DNA of 64,000 nucleotides from Botryllus schlosseri (Eukaryota), in assembly GCA_051294905.1 (NCBI GenBank), contig CM119372.1:19902001-19966000 (forward strand), read 5' to 3'. This document shows, in pieces, positions 1 through 12,115 of this stretch. Made by a program: the position numbers and the translations under genes. How positions within the stretch are numbered: position 1 is the first letter of the stretch; every line of letters begins with the position of its first letter. The notes below the pieces were generated by a model. It did no database searches, had not been told where the DNA came from, and saw only the letters and a program-made list of their open reading frames with translations.

Positions 1-3000
1 GTGGCCCACATTATGATAATTGCAACAGCAATGGGTGCAAACAAAGAAGAGTTAATAACGCAGTTGTGTCTATCGTACTCTGCATAGTCTATACACCACA
101 ATGCCTTTGGCGGCACTGTAGAACCATATGTGACTTGATTTCCTTGTTGAACACACTCATCATGCATTCATCCTTTTGTGTTCTTGTTATCGGTGAATTT
201 CAACTGTCGTTCATCGTATTTTAATGTATATGTTTCTGGTATGTTGCGACCGATCTGTTTCACATCAGGAAGGAGGATTTTTCATGTGACCACAGTAGGT
301 TTATTCTGCGTATTGCTGATCATCATCACATAAAATCATTAATGTATGTTGAAACCACCAGCCACCACACGCCTATATAGTACATCCAGTGCGGTTAAGC
401 AAGGATCAAGCTGATGTCCTACAGACACTTCATTATTGATTAGTTCTTGCACATTGGTCTTCCCATAGTATCATAAGCATGCAATGAATTAGAATTATAA
501 CGTTTGGGAAGCTACTACACTACTATTACAATATCTGTCATACTGCATCATGTGGCCGCTAGACGCCAGCTTGACGATGTTGGGCAGGTCTGACGTAAGG
601 CCATGAACGGTATATTGTTTTCAGTTGCTAGGTAGAGGATCCGACATAAACGAGAGAACTTGTGTCAAGAGCTAATGTGCAGACACAACATCAGTTGTGA
701 ATTGAATTCGTGATTGAGCCAATAGCAGAAATAATGCATTACTATGTATCATGTATCTATGGTCGCTATCGCTAATTGGATCATTTACGCCGTCAATCGG
801 ACCTAGAAATAAATGCCAAAATTTTTCATCAAGAATTAACGTATTTTATCTTCCGGCGTACAATAAATAACATTACAATGAACCAGAAAACGAAAAATTA
901 CCGGCGGATTCCGAAAACGGATGCAATTTGAGGAGATGTCGTCAGTGATACGTCCAACGGTGGCAAGTTCCAGGATGGAAGTTGCTGTATGATTGTTTCT
1001 GGTGAAGATGTTTTGTGATGGCCGCCATGGATAGCTAATTTACCGAATGATAGATTGAAGTCGAAATGAAATTCACTTTTCCACACGTGGTATGTAAAAC
1101 TATATTATCATCTAATTAAATAGTCTACATCTACAAGCGTTCATATATAATTTATACATATTTATATATGGTGCACACAGGCGCAATCAGGGGGTCCAAT
1201 GGCGTGCACCATTTCCCTCAATTTTCGACTTTGTGAAACAATCTGTTTGCACTATACCAGTCACACTGAACCCTTGAAGTCAGCTCATTGTCGAAATTAA
1301 AATTGCCTCTCCGTCTAAAGCTTCAACCACCCCTCCAATTTTTTTCCTGACTCCATCTGCGTGATGAGATAGGCCTAATATATATACATAGCTGTGCTTA
1401 AAAATGAACCCTGAATTGAAAACACAGATATTTTAAACAAGATCATAGTATAAAACATGTTTTTGATCATCATATCATCATATCCGCCATCTACATATCG
1501 ACATATAACTTCTAAAATTGTCAAAATCACGAAGACCCGTTCACGGCAGACCGTGCTGATGATAGCAACGATTGCTTGACCTACCTATTCAACAATACAT
1601 GACGGTATTTAGCCGACTCAATGAGGTGCTGGTTACCGCCTCTTCAATATTTCCACTTGTATGGCCAGATCGTGGAACGGGCACTAAGCCCATACCCCAT
1701 CCCCACTCCACTAAATGGAAGGAGTAAACCATTGTGCGGTCATCTGTGCTCACTACAAAATCAAAGCGGGACATCACGTCACTTATGCAAAACATAGTCC
1801 GGAATAATCCGGCCTCCATCATAATGTTTCAAACATGTTACACATGCAATGAGGTGTATTTTGAAACACGTATTGTTTTAAATGTAACCCAAACCATAGA
1901 TATAACGTCTTATGATCATCGTAGAGTCCCAGCACTGATCAGGTCAGCCGTGATTTCAAGACAGCATTTTTGCCCATAACGTTATTAACCGGATATTGCA
2001 AGCTCAGGAATGAGCTGGCTAGTATATTTTAAAATCCGAATCCCGTGCCGGCTATGAGCAAATTCAAACACCAAAACCAAATATTTAATGCATTTTGAAG
2101 AATGTACGAAACCAAGTCCATACATATCCTGGTGTTATCAAGTTCACTCTGTCAACAAATGCAACTATCTAACTTCTAAGGCATTTGCAATTATAGAGAA
2201 TATGGCGAATAAACCATTCAGTTAAAATCGACTAACAAATCAAATTCAATAGCAACGTAAGCAAGTCTAGATGAGGAGGATATTTTTCATGGCTTACGTT
2301 TCAAAGTCAGATAATCTCTTGTAAGATATGAAATTCGGATTTCTTTGAAACACTTCCTTGGTGATTGTGAGTTGCCTATTATAGCATTTTCGGTGTTGTT
2401 TATTACGTTAGCCAAAAATATTACAATAATCCACCGCGATGCATAGCAGTGAGTATTAATGATATTATTTTAACTATTTCACCTAGACGTAACGGAGGCA
2501 AAGGACGTCTGGAGAAAGACTCTCCCGTGGCGATACATCCAACCCCGAAACTTCGCTACTTTCAACGCTCCTTGGAAATTTCTTTTTCAAAAGTGGGAGA
2601 AAGTGTAAATTGATTTTTAAAGATCAATTTTGTTTACTGAACTACCGGTTGTCGAAGTTTTTGTACCTAATTTCTTTCGTGTTTATGTCCAGGAATAAAT
2701 ATCTACATGACACCGAAAGGCCAAACTTGAATGACAACGCAAATGATCGGTGTTCTGCGAAAAGTCAGATGTTCTGAATGAAACCGTACTTATCAAAACA
2801 ATGCAACAAGTCTTCCCGATGCTTTAGTCGAAATCAACTTCGCTTCTCGCTGACACAACTGCTGAGTTATTTATTCCTAAATGATCTTTTATCAAAATTA
2901 TTCTCCCAAGGCCGTCCTCCGCTAATACGAAAATAATATTTTGATAGGCCTTATCCCCGCGAACCGTGTAATGTGACCCGCCTACTGTAATTGGCGGAGA

Positions 3001-4139
3001 CGTTCGACAGTCACGTCGGCACATGCTGAAGATAAGGTGGATGACGTAAAACTGGAAAATAGACTGACAGCATCAGTCGGAAAAGGCCATACACCAACTG
3101 ATCTTAGTCGTATCACGCTTAATTTGTTTGGAAAATCCGGTTACACGGGTGCGGGGTACAATTCAGAACTTGAACACTCTTCCTGATGCCTCATGTCTAT
3201 TTCCATCCAAGAATTTTCAATGGGATGAAGCTAAATATGGAATAAAAGGCGTACTATGAAATCGCTGTATGGTCTGAATAATAAAATAAACATATAATTA
3301 TGGCATAGTTGAGCGGATTTCAAATTTTTAGGTTCTGATCCTGAGATTTTAATCCGACTCCAAATTGCATTAATGAATTCGTTTTCTAACACAGCTAAAT
3401 CCGAGTTCATATCAGTGTTGGGATGACCTTATCGAGTCAGACAGCATTCAGTTTTTATATGACTTGACTTGACTTGACTCGAATCATTGCTACAAACGAC
3501 TTGACTTTACTTGGCTCGGGTTCGACGTATGATATATCGACTTTTCAATTAGATAAAATAAAAAGGGCAAAAGAAAACAGGAAACAAAAGAACATCGAGA
3601 TATTAGAAATAACGCATGAATCAGAAACCCAATTACCCAATTTGAATGGTTTAGGAATTTGGTTTGATGGGAGTGAATTTGGAAAGCCATTTTACATTTC
3701 TGCCCACGCATCTGCTACTATAAGCATGTTGCCAAAAAGTAAGTAGTCAGTCGTTAATCAGGTGCAATTGGTAGGATGTCACTCATAAACCTGTGACTTA
3801 ACGAAATTTCATATCATATGACAACTTGCTGGTCAAATTACAATAGATCCCAGATCACTCTGTGTCAGTTAGGACCCAACATACGCACCCAGTATAATCG
3901 AGGTTCTCTGATAAACTTCGGAAACCAGACACATCTAAATATGTCATTATTATCTCATCAGACACACACTCTTAGCAAAAAATAGTATGTAGTCTCCCCC
4001 AAAAAGTGGTTCATGAAAACAGAACCTACCGTAGAATTAGACTCCGATATTAATCAAACACAACATTTTGATCCAAATGATGCTTGACAAATTAGAATAA
4101 GCAGAAATGGAGTGCGAAGGTATACATCGACATGTTTAG

Positions 4140-4437
4140 TAGGGTTACCATACGTCCTCTTTTAAGGGGATTTGGACCCTTTTTTGACTTTTTTGAAAGT
4201 GTCCTCAGAGGACGCCCTTTTGTCCTCTTTTTTGAGATTTTGTCCTCTTTTTTGAGAATTTTGGTGGAAAGATGACCTTTTCTTTAGTCAACCACCCGAC
4301 AATGTGAAGGAAAAAACTGTATTTTGGGCACCGGTCGAGAAAAAGGAACTTTTTTTCTTTTAGTCGACCGACCACGTGCAAGTCTGAAAATTCTGAAAAG
4401 TGTCCTCTTTTTAGATTTCCAAAATATGGTAACACTA
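4140..4437. mobile_element. Non-autonomous hAT-type element (298 bp)
   Basis: TIR TAGGGTTACCATA / TATGGTAACACTA; perfect 8-bp TSD ATGTTTAG. Confidence 0.9.
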
Positions 4438-4785
4438 ATGTTTAGGAATGCAGGAAAGGTATTCACGAAAGATTTATAACAATGCCTCACTTACACCAGT
4501 GGTGTATAACCTGGGATCCATCGCAGCTTCCCCCATGGGGCGATTTGGAAGTTGAAGGAGCGGAAGCGGTCAGGGGAGATATGGGTGGCACTGACGAAAA
4601 ATGGCGTCACAGTAGATTGTGTAGTGGGGACATATGATTAATGGTTATATAGTAAAAAATAGTTCTATGTATCCCCGATTTAAAATTGAAACTTAACACT
4701 TGAAAAAGTCTGTCAGATCTCGAAATTTTTCGTCGCACAGGGCGGGAATATTTACCGGCGATTTGTGCAGATATTTCCTCATCGT

Positions 4786-5143
4786 TTGGTTTGGTTTGGT
4801 TTATTTAACACATACAACAGTGGTGTTTATCGCCTATTAAGGTCATGTACACCACGACAATGATATTAGTATAATTTTCAGGATCTTTGCTTTCGTATTC
4901 TTTCCGGATGACTTTCACACTCGCGCGTTCCCAACTTCGGTCTCTCTCTCTTTCATGCATCCGGACTCGTTCTTTACTGCCGACTTCTTACTGGCGCGGC
5001 TCACCATCATACTGGGCTTTTAGAGACACTGCTATGGCAGTGAGGTTAGCGATGAGGAGCCCAGATAAACCTCCGATACATAGAAGTTGGTCCGAACCGG
5101 GATTCGAACCACTGCCATTGGTGTCGTGACGCTGGCGCTTACC
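4786..5143 (-). mobile_element. tRNA-derived SINE, subfamily 1 (5'-truncated)
   Basis: B box GGTTCGAATCCC on the minus strand, (CCAAA)n tail, 12-bp direct repeat TTTCCTCATCGT on both flanks (4774-4785, 5144-5155). Confidence 0.85.
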
Positions 5144-5361
5144 TTTCCTCATCGTATCAAAAAGGATGTTAATGTTTAGTGTGGTGAGTAGTATTAAATT
5201 CAATGTGAGCGAGCAAAGATCTCTACTACATTCTCAGTTGATTTACTAGTCACACAAAGCAATAACATAAAACCAATGTAATTAACTAACGTATTGCCAA
5301 TCGCAGAGGTGAATTCGAGATGTCTACATCGCGTTTGAACCAGATAATATGAGCCCGTACC

Positions 5362-6637
5362 CAGAGTTGGTCAAAGTAGTCAAGAAAGCTACTCAAGTAG
5401 AAGTAGAAGTAGCGACGAAAAAATCTACTCAAGTACAAGTAGAAGTACTTTTTCCATGAGAAACCTAAAACTACTTGAAGTAGAAGAAGAATTGACTGAC
5501 TCTAAAAGTACTCAAGTAAGTAAGTAGTTGTGAATACGATCCTAATTCGTTCACATGGATTGTAAAAAGGTGCAAATTGGACCATGCGAAAGGTGACGAG
5601 CTTGATTCATATTGATGCATACCAGCAGGTATCCAATTTTCGATAGCATAAGGATAAGCATTCGTCCACGTCATGGGATGAAAATGATAGTATTTATATG
5701 GAAATGCGATACTAATCCTCTGTTTTCTCAAACAGCACGTTTTAGAAAATATCATGGTATTGCGCACTCCCCCATATTATAAGGCCTGTAGTTTAGTCGA
5801 AGAGCAAAACGGAGATGGTGTGTTGGATACGGTGTAAACACATTGTGCGATTAGTAAACGGTAATAAAAAATACGGTGGACCGTAAAAATGCTATATTGT
5901 GTAGCTTTATTTCTGGAAATTTAAGGCATTACTACACTTGCTTTTATACTTCAACATGTACATTATCCAGACAAGAGAACTGATATTAGTTAGAAATCAA
6001 ATATATGGTACTGGGAATTGAAAGTGAAATATAAATCTAAAAACGGAACATGTATTTAATATTTTTAGTCCAGAAAGTTTCGAAGGTTGGTATGCTAAAA
6101 CAGCTCTAAAACTAAAGAAAAGTCAGAGTCCACTTTTCCAGATTAGGACACGCCAATGACATCTAGATTACGATATAAGTAAATGCTAGATTTCGAAACA
6201 TCAGTTTCAAACATTATGATAAGCCATATATACTGTGATGAAATATTTGATCTGGCGAAGAGTGACAATGCAGTGTGAACGGAACCACGCCAACCCGCTA
6301 CCTAAATGATATTCACCGATACTTTCGTGAAATCATACTGGATACTCCGTATTCACTGCGCGCGAAGCACGACCAAAATTCTAGGCTTAACTCGACTTTT
6401 ATGAATACGATACTCCGTGAAAACAGCCCCGAAATTTCTCAGGCTATCTTCCTGATTGGAGGATTGAACTACTTCTACTTGACAAACTGAAAATAGCGAA
6501 AAGTAAGTAAGTAGATCACAAAATATTAAGAAGTAGAAGTAGTGAAATTCAGATCTACTTGAGTAAGTACCAAAAGTAGAAGAAAACTACTGGAGTACTT
6601 CGAAAAAGTAGAAGTACTTCGTTACTAACCACCTCTG
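5362..6637. mobile_element. hAT-type MITE family C (AAGTAGAAGT-rich ends), copy 1
   Basis: Ends CAGAGTTGGTCAAAGTAG / GTTACTAACCACCTCTG; collinear with the copy at 23336-24625; no TSD recognisable. Confidence 0.8.
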
Positions 6638-7010
6638 CACCGATGGCTGTTAAAGCAGTCTTGATTCGATCTCTAATATAGCACAGACAATTATTACATC
6701 GTTAATTATAGTTGTGTGGTCCTGACACGCGATTGAAGCGCGAAATATTTTCTATACCTATTGTATTTTACTGCAGTCCTCAAAATATGGGCCGGGGGCG
6801 CCAGACCCAGGCAATTTTGGAAAAGGAGCGCTTGAGGAAAAAAAGGTAAGACCAACTGACTGGAACCATGAATCAAACATCACCGTCTCTTCCGCAAAGT
6901 AATGAAAATAATTATATACAGAGACAGAAAAAACAGTGATTGATAATGATGATTGCCACGAAACGGGCAAAATCTAAATTGAACTACACAAACAAGGACA
7001 TGTTGTTTAG

Positions 7011-8525
7011 TAGGGATGGTGTGAACGTGAGGTTCACGTTCGCGTTCCGTGAGTGGACTTCGGGATTTCAGAGGTTCACGTTCACAAACGAACCTTGGTA
7101 GGTTCTGCACTGTGAACCTTTTTCATATATTACAATATTCGCCTCATTATAACATCTTTGGATGAAATTTATTGCATTTCAACTGCGGGCCACTCTATGC
7201 ATGGCGCTGGCAGCATAACGAAATCAACACTATACGAACATGCACCTTGACAATCACATAAATTTTACTTGCTTTATTACAAAAGTTTGCTCAAGATATC
7301 CAGCTTTCCGTTTGTGAATACTTACATAGTGACTCTCTGCAGTGAGCTTGACCCGCAATCACACAACATCAAGAGCGACATACACTACATCAGGGCCGGC
7401 CAACCCGTGGCCCGCGAGTAGGTTTTGAGTGGCCCGCGAGGTAATTTCCGAAATTGGTAATATTATCAAAAATGGATTGCACAGATTGTGAACTTGCAAG
7501 GACAACCAATAATTTGATTAGTCTCGCCGCAACACTTGAGATGTGATGACTAAAATATCCGTTCGGACGCATTGGCAGATCCATGAGCCAGTCACATTTT
7601 GGTAGATCTTCGTACACCACAATAAAGCAGAATAATTTGCGATAGCTTTAACAAAATTCAAAAAATTTTACACGCTTCGCGCAACATGATGTCACTCGAT
7701 TTCTTGCTTTTAATATTGTTACCCCTTTGTGAAAATTAAAGAACGCCTAATGTATCAGATTGAGTCTAACTATATTCGCGATTACAAGACAAAGTGTCGT
7801 TCAACATTTGCGACCTTGCGTTTGCGCTCGCAGAAAGACCGTCGACCATGAAACCTAGGCACAAAATGATTGGCGCATGTTGATCGAAGCTTTCGATATC
7901 GATATGTCCAGGCACCGAATAGTCCATTCCTTGTAAACTGAGCCCAGCGATATACCACAGGCCCGCAATATAGTGAAGTGGCAATATTATTGACCTATGA
8001 ACTTCGAAAAATCTTCGCGCTTCGCGCGGCTAGTGGCCCGCGCAATAGTTCGCCAATCAAATGCGGCCCTTTGGCTGAAAAGGTTAGCCACCCCTGCACT
8101 ACATGTAGGTATTCAGCGAGTGATGCTTATTCAACCAATCAATGAAATTGATATCGTTGTCTGATGTAAAAAATCTAGCAGACTTACAGGGTCAATCTTG
8201 ATTTCATATGTTTATGGTACCATAAAAACCAAATCCATGCGATTGGGGTGTTGGCCACTGCTGTATAACTTTTTAAGGGGTAATATTGGTAGTAAGTGCC
8301 ACGTATGGGCCTACAGGAACCATTTTACACTCAGCTGAATAACATAGCAATACTCAAACTCCGAATACGTTGTCTGGTCTGGTCTAGAAGACCGTTAAGG
8401 CGTAAGCTGATATTCCCTTGCAAGTCCTCGTCGAAGTTGTTGGCAAAGCGACGGAATATATTGATTTTATGGGATTATTATATCATTTGATTGCCCCTTT
8501 TGGCGCCGTTTAAAACGTCAATATG
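7011..8525. mobile_element. hAT-type family A (TAGGGATGGTGTGAAC), truncated copy with nested insert
   Basis: Left TIR at 7011; collinear with 51560-52507 until about 8525; right TIR not found. Confidence 0.75.
7391..8096. mobile_element. Buster/Charlie-type hAT MITE nested in family A
   Basis: TIR CAGGGCCGGCCAACC / GGTTAGCCACCCCTG, subterminal GGCCCGCG motifs, perfect TSD CACTACAT. Confidence 0.9.
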
Positions 8526-9726
8526 GGGGAGATGTGGTACCGATGGATCACCGGGACCGAAAATACTTTAAAAATTCTCTATGATAATTCCATGATTAAA
8601 CTCCGTGAACTTGTCTACAGTTGCATGCTGGAAAAATCTTTCCTCACATACAAAAAATTTTGACGTGCGCGAGCTATGAGGTCTTTGACAGATGTTTTCT
8701 GTTTTGGGGGGTGTAAACTAAATTTAGATCGACACATACATTTTTCTTTGTAACCTTCAACACGAACAAACCAGCAATCATTTTTAATGTGAAGTGTAGG
8801 GCTTGTATGAGGCTATATAATGGCATCTATTATTTTTTCAATACCTTCCTTGAGTGGAATTTTTTTCGATTCATGTATAAAATTCATATAGGTGATACAA
8901 TAGCCAAATCAAGCAAAATAATCAAGCATACTAATCATGCAACAACTGAAACATGCCTATGTCGATATTCGCCAGCACGTACTTTCACGACGACATGCAG
9001 CGATCATGCAAATGGTAACGCGACCGTAATTTCTTTGACTCAGCCAACGCGGGCTAAGTCAAGTATTGACACTTGGTAGCATATGGAAACGGACCATGTC
9101 ACAGGCGCAGAATGTAAATATTGCTAATTGGAAGGCTCAATTTCAACTCAAAAACATGGTTATATTTACAGTGTGCAGCGGGTGGGTGACGTGGGCGCGA
9201 GTGATAGATTTAACTGCTACTCAGTTTCTGATTCCATGGCTAGATTGGGTATGGCAGATTACGTCATGGAATGGGGTGGAGTGACGCAATATAGCATAGT
9301 TACAGCTATATGGGCTGGGTGTCGGGGATATGTGCTAATTGTGCTACAGATAGTGGGTAGATTATAGCTCCAATGCTATCACGAGGGAGAAGGTTTTGGA
9401 TTGTCTGTCCCTACAGGTTGGGATTTAGACATCTGGCAAAGCTGTTTATGCCCCTTCACATCCATCACATGGTTTCCACTAATGGCGTCATCGTTGCTAT
9501 TAATAACCTTTAGATTTTGATACTGTGTAAACTCTTGCCTGTAGGTCAACAAATACTTTAGAGCTGACTTTCTCGGCCAAAGGTCGGAATTGTGCCGAGT
9601 TATCTTACCTTACTTTCCCTATTCTGGCGGAATGAGTGAAATAAATTCGTCGTCACGGAGCCGCGAACTATGTAAGAAACTAGGAATGCCTCAGTTTGAT
9701 CACAAGTGCAATTGTTACGTTATCAT

Positions 9727-10901
9727 TAGGGCGATTTTTTTACCTAAAAAACGGAAGATTTTGACCTAAAAATTCTAAATTTTGACTTTTTTTTGACCTA
9801 AAAAAACTGAAATTTGACCAAATTTTGACCTCACGTATGCAAATTAGGTGTTTTCGCACATAATGTTAAAATTATACTACTTATCTTCATTTCTGGTTGG
9901 AACTGTCTGTCCTTACAAAGTAGATTGGCCTGAAAAGAACGTTTTTGGCTCAAAAACTGACAAATTTTTACATGAAAAAATTAGTATTCTAACGAAATCT
10001 GGCCCTATGAAGAATTGCAATAGGTACATTACGTATTATGCTGGAATAATTAAAATTTGTTGTAGTACAACGAAAGATACTTTCCTACATTCTCGAGTAT
10101 AAAGTGTTTGTTTTGTTTGTTTGTTTTGTGGTGTTCATGGTGTTTGTCAACTACTATGGTCATTTACACCAGGCCGATATTCTTCATTATTTTCCGTAAC
10201 TGCCAACATATAGCACGGCCCACCTCTAGGCTTTTTTGTAAGACACCGCTTACGCGGATGAGGTGGCGAGGAGGAGCCTAGGTAAACCTCCAACACTTAG
10301 CTATCGGAATTATGAAGTCGACCTCGGTCGGAATCGAACCCACACCCATTGGTGTTGCAGCCGCGGATTATACCACTGCGCTATCTCAGGTAGAAAGTGT
10401 CTGTTCTTACTAAGTAGCTTGCCAAGAATGGAGAAAGAACGTTCAACAGCAGCAGTTGTTGGCTGACAACACTGAAGTTGTGTGCACACTGCTTGCTGGT
10501 GATGCACCGTGTTGCTTCATTCTGACAATCTTGTCTATATCACAATTTTTCAGCTTGCGCTTCTTGATGTAAGAACCATACAATGCCCAAGCAGTCTTGC
10601 TTCAGTTAGGATATTGCGGTACGTTGACCATAAAACCATGTCACTATTTGTTTCATTTGACCGTTTATGATTCACAATGAGCAGACGATGGGCCGTTTAC
10701 AACGGTAGGCCTATAAAGTAGGCTACAGGCTGTAAATTATCAAATGATAAGTTCACAGACAGCGCAAAATCTACGATACAAACGAAATGTAGAGGTCAAA
10801 AAATGTTTGATTTTGTAAACAATTTTGACAAATTTTGACCTAACGCTACAATTTTGACCTAATTTTGACTTTTTTTGACATGTCAAAAACAAATCGCCCT
10901 A
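9727..10901. mobile_element. hAT-type family B copy 1 (contains a SINE)
   Basis: TIR TAGGGCGATTT / AAATCGCCCTA, TTTTGACC subterminal repeats, perfect TSD GTTATCAT. Confidence 0.9.
10107..10387 (-). mobile_element. tRNA-derived SINE, subfamily 2, near full length
   Basis: A box TAGCGCAGTGG, B box GGTTCGATTCC, (CAAA)n tail; flanks GAGTATAAAGTG / AGGTAGAAAGTG; absent from the family B copy at 12457-13335. Confidence 0.9.
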
Positions 10902-10955
10902 GTTATCATATGTTGGGCTCGCTGCGACGAATACGATCGCGCATGGATGTGAGAT

Positions 10956-10991
10956 TATAGATAACTAACCTACGTAGGTTAGTTATCTATA
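10956..10991. repeat. Perfect 36-bp palindrome flanked by GTGAGAT direct repeats
   Basis: TATAGATAACTAACCTAC|GTAGGTTAGTTATCTATA; GTGAGAT at 10949-10955 and 10992-10998. Confidence 0.9.
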
Positions 10992-11056
10992 GTGAGATAC
11001 CTAGCAAAATAGCTTATACTACAGCAGCCATGCATGTGAGGAGGGTTGGTGTGATT

Positions 11057-11378
11057 GCATGCAATATAAGGTCAGTCGCTATATGCAAAATAAGGTCAAT
11101 CCGCGCACAATACAGACCATTTTCCTACTGAACCTAACCCCAAACCCTATCCTATAACACTAAGGACGACAACCTCCACCCTAACACTAACCCTAATTAC
11201 CCTAACTGTAACTCTCACCCCTACGCACCCCCACCCTAATTGCCCTAAACCCCAACCCTAATTAAACCAACCCCAGTAAAACACGCTATCCCCAACCCTA
11301 AGGATCCTCGCCCAACAATAAACACACCAACCCCAACTGTCCTTATTCTACATATATTGGGGCTGACCTATTTGCATG
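11057..11378. repeat. Inverted-repeat-bounded element with degenerate telomere-like (CCCTAA) core
   Basis: Imperfect ~40-bp inverted repeats (11057-11098, 11338-11378) around AACCCTAA-type repeats at about 11130-11337. Confidence 0.7.
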
Positions 11379-11827
11379 TGACTTAGCTTATTTTACAGGC
11401 AGGTACATGCCAACCGTCCAGCACCAAACTAAACGTAATGACACTGTACATTCCCCGTCGATAAAGTCCCTTGTCTCTGGCGGTCACAGGCTTCCACGTG
11501 ACCGCACGACTTTTCACCCACAATCAATAGCAAACCCAAGTATATTTTAGTTTACATGAAGAATTTTCGGCGATGTTAGTCGGAAAGATAGATAACAACG
11601 AAACAACAAGGTAAAATACTTCTACGAATTTTGTAAAACGCGTCCCACGCGAATCGTCGAATGTCATCGAAAGGCCACGGCCGCCATTACACGGCGTCGT
11701 TACACGTAAATGAAAGAAATATTTACTAATACTTGGGGAGAGCTTGGCGAAAAGGGATGAGGTTTTGCGCAAAAGCGATTGAGTCCCCGACCCTTCAAGG
11801 GCGCGTATCTCTTGCGCCCATGGAAAC

Positions 11828-12115
11828 CTATTGGTCGAATTCGCCGAGCTTATACGCCTCAGATGCACCTCTCCTAGCTCTTGCGCTGTCGCCCCGCGAA
11901 GGTTGAGGCGGTGCGCCGCTGCCAACATCGATATCTTCAGTATCGGGCGCACCCGAGCCAACATCCGTCTGGCACACTCCGTCGTCGAGGCGTTGGCTCA
12001 TTTCTTCAAGTTGGTCCCAGCTGTTGAGCATGAAAAGGTCGTTCTCGTCCTCTACCATGGCGTCGATAGTTTTCCGGCAGCGTGGGTCCCGGGAAGCGAT
12101 CCCCAGCACGTATAG
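11828..12115 (-). CDS. Last coding exon: VWA end + acidic Ser-Gly tail + stop
   Basis: ttttcag|LYVLGIASRDPRCRKTIDAMVEDENDLFMLNSWDQLEEMSQRLDDGVCQTDVGSGAPDTEDIDVGSGAPPQPSRGDSARARRGASEAYKLGEFDQ*. Confidence 0.92.
   Translation of the reverse strand, partial: LYVLGIASRDPRCRKTIDAMVEDENDLFMLNSWDQLEEMSQRLDDGVCQTDVGSGAPDTEDIDVGSGAPPQPSRGDSARARRGASEAYKLGEFDQ

Noticed and set aside
3474-3746. Plus-strand ORF with GIWFDGSEF and a GTAAGT donor
   Set aside because: The 5' part is a GACTT-repeat element fragment; no partner exons or complete domain were found.
5471-6490. ORFs within repeats (also 23274-24385, 46283-46513, 51661-52023, 12784-13443)
   Set aside because: They lie inside non-autonomous element copies, are not preserved between copies, and show no transposase motifs.
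10330-10387. tRNA-like A and B boxes (also near 5100, 18625 and 54450)
   Set aside because: They are followed by a shared non-tRNA body, simple-repeat tails and TSDs, so they are SINE heads. I could not fold a full cloverleaf.
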